Part shown: positions 37,702 to 46,151 of the stretch, one piece after another
Numbering within the stretch: position 1 is the stretch's first letter
Layout of the letters: every line of letters begins with the position of its first letter
IMG/VR virus record: IMGVR_UViG_3300014489_000001
Span: 1 to 64,000 of that record
Direction: 5' to 3' (one strand)
Origin: a virus
Lineage: Duplodnaviria > Heunggongvirae > Uroviricota > Caudoviricetes
Length of the DNA stretch: 64,000 nt
Made by a program: the position numbers and the translations under genes
Notes under the pieces: generated by a model
Databases searched by the model: none
What the model saw: the letters and a program-made list of their open reading frames with translations, nothing else
Told to the model about the DNA's origin: nothing

Positions 37702-38055
37702 TTACATTGCCTTGAAATAAAGCTGAGTAACGTATTCCGTTTCAGTGAAGCCAGGGTATGTTTCCTTCATAACCTGTAGCAATCCTTCGTAAGTACGGCA
37801 AATTGGATCGTGTTCAAAGCACAGTAACTCTTTGTTCAAATCGATGAATCGAGTGTACTGCACTGTGAGAATTTTGTAATCCTTGTCAACAAGAGTGAAA
37901 GACATACTTTCACCAGATTCAAACCACGCCTTGATCCATTTGGACCCACGACGCACGGTAAGGTTCACATCATCCCTGAACACAGGATTGTTGAACAGTA
38001 AAGGAATCAACATCAGTCTTTCTCCAGATAAGTAGCTCCGACACACTTGAAACAC
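37702..38055 (-). CDS. hypothetical protein
   Basis: 117-aa ORF. Confidence 0.4.
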   Translation of the reverse strand: MFQVCRSYLSGERLMLIPLLFNNPVFRDDVNLTVRRGSKWIKAWFESGESMSFTLVDKDYKILTVQYTRFIDLNKELLCFEHDPICRTYEGLLQVMKETYPGFTETEYVTQLYFKAM

Positions 38056-39242
38056 ACACGACCTACGTGCATGTCTCGACGCTCAACCATCGGCTTGACA
38101 ACACAACCTTCTCGATAATGATTCGCACTTCGCCACTTGCTGGGTCCATCCGAGTGACCCACGACGCACGAAAACGAGTAGGGAACCGCTTTGTCGAGAA
38201 TCGGTACCCACGGTAGTTGATCAGCAAGATTCCTCGCAGCAATAGGGTCAGCAAATTCGCCATCAAGCATGATGTCGAATGCAGCGAACATTAACGGTTC
38301 ATTATCGGTCGCACCGTAGCGAAGATTCTGAACCTGACCAAACACTTCGCCGTATACTACGGCACCTGGATGGTTGATTAACCAAAACTCAAGACATGGT
38401 GTTGCACTGAGAGCATTCCACCAAAGATTACGTTGCTTCGGTTTGTTGTGCAACCTGTCGAAAATCTCTTGGACACGTGTCTCATCGACTTCCCTGAACT
38501 CAGGAGGTTGACTTGGAACAAGTCTTACAAATTGTGCTGGTGGCATTTCAGGCGTAGCTGTTGCGTCCTTCTTGAAGACGTGCTGGCGCAGGAACTCAAG
38601 AGTGATGTGATCGTAAGAAGGATATTCTTTCTTCCACTCATTACGCGACCCACAATGAATCTGCCCATCACTATAGACATAACGAGCCGAGCAACCATGA
38701 ATCTTTTCCGTAATCCACACCGGCTCACCCTCGGTGAACAAGTTATGATACTTACGGAATGCATCCACGTCGTACTTGACCGTGAATACAGTCGGGCCTT
38801 TGGCAGTTTCACCACCAGTAATCAGGTTGTCACTCTGGACACCTGGAAGCGGTGGCTCGTAATGCGTGACGCCTAGTTGCGTAGCAACGTCGTCACCGAG
38901 ATTACTGCCTTCCGGAGCAGGGACCATGAGGCCGTAGCTAACGACTTTGCGAAGCTTGATCGCTTTAACTCGGTGTGTTCCGTCGGCTTTTGGCTTAAGG
39001 AAGCTGAATTCTGGTCGACTGGTATCGACAACGGAATCCGGTGGGAGGTAAGCGCCCTGTGCCACGGCTTGCCAGTCTGCGGTTCGGACGACACAGGTGT
39101 AACCACCAAAGACGTTGACGATGGATAGTGAATCAGCATTAGGGTGTTTCTCCAACACGATTGATACGACTTCAACCTGATGCGTAGAATTACTCATTAC
39201 CACTCCCAAGCCATTAAAGGTGAAACGATTTCCGCTTTCCAC
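38013..39242 (-). CDS. Rnl2-type ATP-dependent RNA ligase fused to an N-terminal tRNA-binding (Myf/Trbp111-like OB) domain
   Basis: N-terminus VEVVSIVLEKHPNADSLSIVNVFGG (tRNA_bind HPNADxL); ligase motif I TEKIHGCSARY (KxHG) and motif IV EGCVVKP. Confidence 0.6.
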   Translation of the reverse strand: MESGNRFTFNGLGVVMSNSTHQVEVVSIVLEKHPNADSLSIVNVFGGYTCVVRTADWQAVAQGAYLPPDSVVDTSRPEFSFLKPKADGTHRVKAIKLRKVVSYGLMVPAPEGSNLGDDVATQLGVTHYEPPLPGVQSDNLITGGETAKGPTVFTVKYDVDAFRKYHNLFTEGEPVWITEKIHGCSARYVYSDGQIHCGSRNEWKKEYPSYDHITLEFLRQHVFKKDATATPEMPPAQFVRLVPSQPPEFREVDETRVQEIFDRLHNKPKQRNLWWNALSATPCLEFWLINHPGAVVYGEVFGQVQNLRYGATDNEPLMFAAFDIMLDGEFADPIAARNLADQLPWVPILDKAVPYSFSCVVGHSDGPSKWRSANHYREGCVVKPMVERRDMHVGRVCFKCVGATYLEKD

Positions 39243-39405
39243 TCTTCATCCATATTGTTGTCTAACCATTTTTGAGCCGTTAATACGGTTGACATAGCCA
39301 AATGATTTGGCATGATTACTGAAAATTTCATTAGAAATTTGTCAGATAATCTGAGCGCAGTTATTTCATACACGTTAGGTACTACGACGCTCACGTTGCT
39401 TTCCT

Positions 39406-39753
39406 TTACGACAAGCTCCACACTTGAGGCCAGGCATCACGCACCGGCCTAGAAGTAGCCCTAGAACAATATCTAGGGCTACGTAAACGATTCCAGCGAT
39501 TAAGAGGTACTTTTCCATTACAGTCTCGGCGAACAAGAAGGACACGAGCAACTAACCATATGAACACACTGCGTGCCATCTTTCCTGCGACCAGTGCCAC
39601 CACACTCTTGACACCTTTGATGTAGGCATTCGCTATTGTTGAATATGCCCAATGGTAGTAATCCTTGATACCCTTCCAGGATTTTACGATCAAGCCACAG
39701 CATATGTTTCTTACTGGCTTGCGTAATGTAATCATCCATGGCGTACCTCGCAT
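39406..39753 (-). CDS. small membrane protein
   Basis: hydrophobic segments; 115 aa. Confidence 0.35.
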   Translation of the reverse strand: MRGTPWMITLRKPVRNICCGLIVKSWKGIKDYYHWAYSTIANAYIKGVKSVVALVAGKMARSVFIWLVARVLLVRRDCNGKVPLNRWNRLRSPRYCSRATSRPVRDAWPQVWSLS

Positions 39754-42044
39754 GTAGGACCTTCACAGTAACGTTCGTCGATGCCATCAGAACCACGCAA
39801 CTGCGACCAGTCAATTGGTTTGATGTTCATCAAGCGTTCGTTGTATTCCGTTTCGCTGATTCCTTCTTCCGGCGTCTGGGCGTAAACACCCTTGGCCGTA
39901 TGCGGAAGCATTGCCACAGATTTTGTCATCGGAGCAATAGAACTGAGTACAGGCTCGATATCGTCTTCTTCGTGGTTAGGATCAAACTCAAAGAGTTTGA
40001 CCTCAACGGCAACCTGATTGAAATTGAACGTAGCTTTATACTCGTTGAAACTCGACACCAAAGTCCGCTTGTTCACGAGGATTTCAGATCGTTCTTTCTT
40101 GTTCAGGTATGTGTCCAACGGAGGACACGTCTCTGCCACGAACTTGTCGAAGTTAATCCACAAGTGGTATTTCATGATCCACTTCGGACGGAAGTTGAGC
40201 GTATTGCTCACGGCGTTATCCGACCACTCACGTTGAAGAAGAACCAACATAGCCGCTTGTTCCCACAAGCTAACTTTCTTGAAGTTCTTCTTGAACACTG
40301 GAAACTCGAAAACGTCCGTCTCATTCGGCTCATTGATGTCTACCTCATGCGGGACGTTGGCCCGAAGCAATAGAGGTCGGAGAGGCGATGATCGTGAAAC
40401 CCGTACGCGACGGAGCATAAATTCGAAATTCGGTCGATTAAAACCTGAATTCTCTCCTGGCAGATTCGGTGTAGTACCTCCGGGTTTAATGGTGGTAACT
40501 CGGATAGCCTCTGGAACTCCTGCCTCAGAGTTGCACCACTGATTGATGTATCGTACCCTTTCGTAACCATTACGCAGGTTCCTGATAAGTTTGTGGGTGC
40601 CGATTCCATCTTGCCAACCCGAAACGTTGATAATACCAACGCCGATCCGTCGATTTCGGAGCATGACGGCGTTCGTCTCAAGCCGATGTGTGGGGAGCAA
40701 AGTAACTGTTGAAGCGTATAAGGTTGCATATTCAACCGCTTTGAGCCACGTTGCATCATCACCGCACCGGCAAGGAATCGTTTCAACCAACGTGCAAAGC
40801 TCTTTATTCTCAAGAGGTTGTTCACCGCACGGGTTGAATGCGATTGCTTTATCGAGACGTAATCCCTCCATGGATTTACCAATCCGACCAAAAGGGAGAT
40901 TGACCTTGTTGATATAGCCAGGTTCGCCGTTTAGAATGACTCGCTTGGCAATCTCCCCTAGGCGCTCAAAGTCTTCCGGGTTTTCCAGGAAGACTGAGTT
41001 GTTACTCATGTAACCCCACGCCTCACGGTGTGGGTATTTGGCGTATTGTTTCAGGTCTATGATTTCGTCGATTTCTCCGGCACAAAGTTCTGCACTTCGA
41101 CGAACATTACCCGCAACGACGCAGCAACCAGTACAATTGGCAAGATCAGCTTTGAGAAGAACCGAATCATACCATTCCTCACAGGCATACATTTCAAAGA
41201 GTTCTTCAATCCGTTTGTGGAACTTGATGAGCGGACCAGCACCCGAACACACGCCGCCAAAACCACGAATCAATGCGCCTTCCGGGCGGATATTGTCGTA
41301 GATGAACTTTGGCTTTGGGAGACCAGGTTCACGGTACGCTTGCATCAACACGAGCGTAGAATCAATCCAACCCTCACGAGAATCATCAATGACGTACTCG
41401 TAGGTTCCATGCGGGTTGAAGATTTTGAGATCGTCCTGACGTTCAGGAAGGAATCCCACACCAACGCCGCACATGAGCGCATCCATCATCCAGTGGATGT
41501 CTTTTTCGAACTCTTCTCCGAGAACCGTGAAACCGCAATTCTGCAATGCCATGCTGCCGCGATTGTAGACAAACTCACTACCCATGGCCCATAGACCGCG
41601 ACCCGGAGGAAGCCATTCCATCTTGAACATGCTGACAGCAAAGTGACGAGCGTAATGCTGCCAGAAAGATTCATCCCACGGAATATGGTTCTTGACGTAG
41701 TGATCCTTACGAATCGAGAACGTCCCCTCAACGACACGAAGAATGGTGTCTGGCCACCATTCTTGACACGTTTCAGCTTCTCCCTTAGTGTCTTTGACAC
41801 AGTTCGCACAATACTCTTGTTTGTACGAATTTGACCATTTGATGTTTGGTTGACGACAACCCTTACAGATGTTGCGACTGTAAGTACGGAAGTAAAGAAA
41901 CTCACCGAATCCGTTAAATCCGAAGTTCGGGGTCATACCCCGGATTTCCTCCGTCGTGGATTCTGCCAGCTTGAACCGTTCCTTCACGAACATCATCTTC
42001 TCCCAATAGAGCGTGGGTGATACCTTGTATTTTGAGCAATTCAC
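39732..42044 (-). CDS. ribonucleotide reductase catalytic subunit (class II NrdJ-like; no beta subunit seen in window)
   Basis: active-site NPCGEQPL motif, 770 aa. Confidence 0.65.
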   Translation of the reverse strand: MNCSKYKVSPTLYWEKMMFVKERFKLAESTTEEIRGMTPNFGFNGFGEFLYFRTYSRNICKGCRQPNIKWSNSYKQEYCANCVKDTKGEAETCQEWWPDTILRVVEGTFSIRKDHYVKNHIPWDESFWQHYARHFAVSMFKMEWLPPGRGLWAMGSEFVYNRGSMALQNCGFTVLGEEFEKDIHWMMDALMCGVGVGFLPERQDDLKIFNPHGTYEYVIDDSREGWIDSTLVLMQAYREPGLPKPKFIYDNIRPEGALIRGFGGVCSGAGPLIKFHKRIEELFEMYACEEWYDSVLLKADLANCTGCCVVAGNVRRSAELCAGEIDEIIDLKQYAKYPHREAWGYMSNNSVFLENPEDFERLGEIAKRVILNGEPGYINKVNLPFGRIGKSMEGLRLDKAIAFNPCGEQPLENKELCTLVETIPCRCGDDATWLKAVEYATLYASTVTLLPTHRLETNAVMLRNRRIGVGIINVSGWQDGIGTHKLIRNLRNGYERVRYINQWCNSEAGVPEAIRVTTIKPGGTTPNLPGENSGFNRPNFEFMLRRVRVSRSSPLRPLLLRANVPHEVDINEPNETDVFEFPVFKKNFKKVSLWEQAAMLVLLQREWSDNAVSNTLNFRPKWIMKYHLWINFDKFVAETCPPLDTYLNKKERSEILVNKRTLVSSFNEYKATFNFNQVAVEVKLFEFDPNHEEDDIEPVLSSIAPMTKSVAMLPHTAKGVYAQTPEEGISETEYNERLMNIKPIDWSQLRGSDGIDERYCEGPTCEVRHG

Positions 42045-42246
42045 GACGCAGTTGTTCTTCGAGGACGACCATTCTGATGAGCGGATTCTGAATCGGTTCG
42101 ACCTCTACATCTTCACCACAGGAACAGAGAGTCCCATCCTGACGCAAACAAGCGGTGAATTCTTTACCACTTGTCTTAACGTAATACTTACCATCAGACT
42201 TGAACCATGTACCTACTTTCACAGCTTTGAAAGGAAGAAGATTCAT
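41914..42246 (-). CDS. hypothetical protein
   Basis: 110-aa ORF. Confidence 0.4.
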   Translation of the reverse strand: MNLLPFKAVKVGTWFKSDGKYYVKTSGKEFTACLRQDGTLCSCGEDVEVEPIQNPLIRMVVLEEQLRRELLKIQGITHALLGEDDVREGTVQAGRIHDGGNPGYDPELRI

Positions 42247-42629
42247 GACATCTCCGGAATTGGGCCAAATGATTGCACGATGTTTGTAACTGGTTCTAGT
42301 GGTATTTGTTGCAATGCTGTGTATGCGACGTTATCGATTACACGCACATACATTTCAGGTCCAAAAGTACGCACAAGAATCCACATTCCATCCTTGTCAG
42401 GCTTACCCACGACCCACCTTGGTGGTGGCACGTATTCGACACCAGCGGCTCGGCATCTCACAAATCTTGCACAATGTTCCAACAACACAAGTTCATCTTG
42501 CTTTGGCGGTGTGAATCCTTCCGGCAACAATTGAAACAGCTTGTGCCAATCTTCGTAACACTTGTCATCACCGAATGTGTCACGAATCTTTCTTATCTGG
42601 TCCATCAGAGTGTTGAGCGTACTGATCAC
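42243..42629 (-). CDS. hypothetical protein
   Basis: 128-aa ORF. Confidence 0.4.
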   Translation of the reverse strand: MISTLNTLMDQIRKIRDTFGDDKCYEDWHKLFQLLPEGFTPPKQDELVLLEHCARFVRCRAAGVEYVPPPRWVVGKPDKDGMWILVRTFGPEMYVRVIDNVAYTALQQIPLEPVTNIVQSFGPIPEMS

Positions 42630-43071
42630 GTTTTCTCCAGAATCAACTTGACAGTGTAATGTTCATCAAGACGGCGGATTTTAATCTCACCACCATCATA
42701 CTCAAGTATGGCGTAGGGCCGACCGCATTTGGTCTTGCCCACGCCATGACAAATACCTGTAGCATGATACTGGTCAGCCGATTCCACAAACGGACATGGG
42801 AAGAGGTTATCCATAGCGTTCCTTTTTGGATTGTTCCCACTTATGCAAATCAGCCTTGATAGTTGCATCTGGCGGTGGTAATCGATGTTCAGGCAAAAGC
42901 CGTTCCGGTGCCACACGACCCAAAGCTTCCGTAAGCATGTCAGCATTGCTGAATACTTTCGTAAGAATATCAAGCTCCTGAGTCTTCGATTGAATAAGAC
43001 CATACATAGTCTTATTCTCTTGCAGCAACTCTCCAACCATCTTCCTGAAATCCTCCCAACGTGCCTCAAAA

Positions 43072-43470
43072 CTATCGGGAGGGACAATGTTCAACATGTG
43101 AATACTTTCTGAAATGAATCCAGCCGCTTGGTGTAAAGAATCCCCAATCGCGATACTTGGTTGTGCAGAACACCAAGGTGTACGCACGCTTACCTTCTGG
43201 AATGATGACTTGATGTTGCCACGACGCACGACGAAATAAGACTGAACCAGGTCCATGCCATTTCTTCTTTTTGGTCTTGTCCACTTCCCAATAACCACCC
43301 CAAAGGATCAGGGAGACAAAATCCCAAGGATGATTATGTTGGCATTCATCGTCACTATCGACGAAGATGTGCAGATAGATTCTGAATAGCCAGCAGCGAA
43401 TCAGAATCAATCTCCACATATATGGAATTTCGTCGCCTCTTGTAATCAATTCCCATTGAAACATCTTCAT
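43072..43470 (-). CDS. hypothetical protein
   Basis: 132-aa ORF. Confidence 0.4.
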   Translation of the reverse strand: MKMFQWELITRGDEIPYMWRLILIRCWLFRIYLHIFVDSDDECQHNHPWDFVSLILWGGYWEVDKTKKKKWHGPGSVLFRRASWQHQVIIPEGKRAYTLVFCTTKYRDWGFFTPSGWIHFRKYSHVEHCPSR

Positions 43471-43943
43471 ATGTGTCTCCAGGTGTCACGGCATAATATG
43501 TGATTGACGTTTTGTTTACTCACGCCAAACATTCTTCTGATTTCAGCTTGAGTTTTTATGCCGTATAATGCCCTAATTTTAAGAACATCCGATTCTATTA
43601 AAATTGAATTAGGAGCAAAACTTCCTTGGTTATTGGCCCTACCCTCAAGGAATGCGTGTTTCATATTCTCTGATTTTGTGCCAAGAAATAAATGATCTGG
43701 CCTGACACAAGGTGGATTATTGCATTCATGACAAACTTCTAACTCTTTTGGGTCGACATGGTAGTGCATCCAATAAGAGATTCTTGTAGCTATGTACGTT
43801 GTACAATTTATATTTTGACAACCATAGCCTCCCTTATTCTTATAACCTGTCCAAAGCCAACAATAATCCGTTTTATTAACTTTGTCCCAGAATCTCATTA
43901 TATTATTCATAATGAGAATCGGCATAGGAAGATGACCAATCAT
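43467..43943 (-). CDS. HNH homing endonuclease (third copy)
   Basis: CWLWTGYKNKGGYG and CHECNNPPCVRPDHLFLGT (HNH_3). Confidence 0.7.
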   Translation of the reverse strand: MIGHLPMPILIMNNIMRFWDKVNKTDYCWLWTGYKNKGGYGCQNINCTTYIATRISYWMHYHVDPKELEVCHECNNPPCVRPDHLFLGTKSENMKHAFLEGRANNQGSFAPNSILIESDVLKIRALYGIKTQAEIRRMFGVSKQNVNHILCRDTWRHI

Positions 43944-44467
43944 AACAACCCTTCTACATCATCTGCTTTTCTATGCGTGTTAAAGATGTAATCCACGAAA
44001 GGTGGAAGAACTATGCAGTAATTAGATGTAGGATGCAGGTGATGAATGTAATGGTTGTTGCGAAGATACTTGAATAATCGAGTCTTACAATACCATGCAC
44101 CTATAGGACAGTGCATCTCACGATGTATTGTAGTCCAGATTATTCCATGAATCGTGATCACCGCCACCAGGATAATCCCTCCCAAAGGATTGAAGTACAT
44201 AATCGTTCCCCATACTGGAGAAAACTCGACTAATGTCTTACCTGGATGAAGCTCAATATCTATGTGATGGGATGCCGGATCAGTATCATGGTCGAAGATT
44301 TTGAAGTATCGGCCATGGTGGAGGATAGCATGTGCCTCCATCGTCAGGGCGAAGAAGGAAAACTTCTTCCCAAGAATCGCATTGTGCATTAACCAACGAT
44401 GCACGATGTATTCAAAGAACGCCATCGCAATGACGCTGCCCGTAATCCATAGCAAGATTTCCATCAC
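43940..44467 (-). CDS. membrane di-iron His-box enzyme (fatty-acid hydroxylase/sterol desaturase superfamily)
   Basis: TM helices plus His boxes HRWLMH, HHGRY, HYIHHLH. Confidence 0.5.
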   Translation of the reverse strand: MMEILLWITGSVIAMAFFEYIVHRWLMHNAILGKKFSFFALTMEAHAILHHGRYFKIFDHDTDPASHHIDIELHPGKTLVEFSPVWGTIMYFNPLGGIILVAVITIHGIIWTTIHREMHCPIGAWYCKTRLFKYLRNNHYIHHLHPTSNYCIVLPPFVDYIFNTHRKADDVEGLL

Positions 44468-44844
44468 GCCCTCGGTGGTCTTTGAGCCGAATTTGTCCGA
44501 CCAGCAGGAGGATAAGGTGCCGTCGTTGTACGAGGCGCCTTGGTACTGGCCTGATCGGGTTCAGGTTTCAATGTATCACAAAGAGGTTCAACTTTCTTGA
44601 ACTGACGAGCGATTTCAGCAAGCTGAGCCACAGCCGCATCTCTCTCTTGTGTGACCATAAAAAGAGAGGCACTTACGACCTGCAACTGGTCAGACAATTC
44701 ACGAACCTGATCAGTCCAACTCTGAGCAACGCGATTAAGCTCTGCTTCAAGCCGATTCGCATGGTCACACGCCGCTTGCAGCAATACGGTTTCCAGAGAC
44801 ATTGTCTCTCCTAGTTTTTGAAGATCGGAAGGTACATGTGCCAA
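44464..44844 (-). CDS. hypothetical coiled-coil protein
   Basis: 126-aa ORF. Confidence 0.4.
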   Translation of the reverse strand: MAHVPSDLQKLGETMSLETVLLQAACDHANRLEAELNRVAQSWTDQVRELSDQLQVVSASLFMVTQERDAAVAQLAEIARQFKKVEPLCDTLKPEPDQASTKAPRTTTAPYPPAGRTNSAQRPPRA

Positions 44845-45164
44845 TTGCTTGGCCCAAAGAGTTTCTTGATTTCATCGTCCGAGTCAGAGACCAAAACATA
44901 GATACCGACGCCTTTACCAGACATGATTGAGAAATCATGAATCTGTGCTTCGGTAAAATGGTAACTCAGAGGATTCTTGACTTCAATCCAACGTGTGCCG
45001 TATGAGCGATGGCACGCATAAAGATCAGGAAATCCCTGCTGGTACATATTACCATGTGTAGATTTCACAAACCAACCACCTAAGGTCAGTTTGTCAATGA
45101 TCTTTTGTTGAATCTTGTGTTCAGGTCCTTCATGCTTGTTGCCCCGAGGTTTGAACGCGTTCAT
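44811..45164 (-). CDS. VRR-NUC domain nuclease
   Basis: GFPDLYACH...WIEVKNP (PD-(D/E)xK of VRR-NUC). Confidence 0.6.
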   Translation of the reverse strand: MNAFKPRGNKHEGPEHKIQQKIIDKLTLGGWFVKSTHGNMYQQGFPDLYACHRSYGTRWIEVKNPLSYHFTEAQIHDFSIMSGKGVGIYVLVSDSDDEIKKLFGPSNWHMYLPIFKN

Positions 45165-45590
45165 CGAATCTCGCTTTCACTAGGCCAAGTAGAGCGATAG
45201 CCTGACCCAATTTCTCATCGGGTGCGCCAGTTAAAACTTCACGCAAAAGTTCATCAGCACGACGAACCAGATAGTCGTTATGGGCATCAGCGACGATTTT
45301 GAACCATCCTGGTTTGTTTGGATCAAGAGCGCAATCACTCAGCGTCTTCTTGATCCTCTTGATTCCTATTTCCTTTTTTCTTGCGGCCATGTTGAATGAT
45401 CTCCCTGTACTTGGTGCGAAGCCTTTTGAGTGCCTCTTTAAGCAACAACTGCTCACGGAGGTCTTCGATTTCCATCGCTTCATAGCGATCCCATTGATCC
45501 TCTGGCAGAAGCTGTCGAATCTCTACCACGTCCCTCAACTCGTGGACCATGATATCATCAACCATTGCTTCAATTGCAGCAATGAATTCT

Positions 45591-45989
45591 TCATTGCCCA
45601 ACTCCATCCTTTTGGTTTGGCGGTCCAGCTGCTTCTCTGTCACGCCGCTCATCCTCAAGAATCTTTCGAGCATGTTGCCTCAGTTTGATGTAGGTGATAA
45701 GCTGTTCCTTTGAAAGGATGTGATAATCTAACACACCAGCATGACGAGCAGTTCTTCGTAACGCCATGACACTCATTGTCTCGATTCCAGAATCACGAAT
45801 CTTGTCTAAAAGAGAACAGAACAACTCACGCTCGCCTTTCTCAAGGTGAGCGTAGAGTTGTTCTTGTTGTTCTGGTGTCGCTTTTTGGACTAAAGATTGC
45901 GCCTCATTCGTTTGGAGGTAGTAATCCAAACTCCGTGCTTGAAGGTACTTCTTCCTTGCTAATACCAGGAACTGTTGTAGGTTCTTCAT
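45591..45989 (-). CDS. hypothetical protein
   Basis: 132-aa ORF. Confidence 0.4.
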   Translation of the reverse strand: MKNLQQFLVLARKKYLQARSLDYYLQTNEAQSLVQKATPEQQEQLYAHLEKGERELFCSLLDKIRDSGIETMSVMALRRTARHAGVLDYHILSKEQLITYIKLRQHARKILEDERRDREAAGPPNQKDGVGQ

Positions 45990-46151
45990 TGGAAATCCTT
46001 AGATGCTCATCATTGATCGTGAAGTACCTGTTAAGGAATCGACACACAGTTATGTGAAGAATATTCTCTTCCTTGGTAAACGATCTCTCACACAAGATTC
46101 CGGATAACTGCCCACGAGTTTGATGAGCAGCCGTCATACCATCAAATGGTG

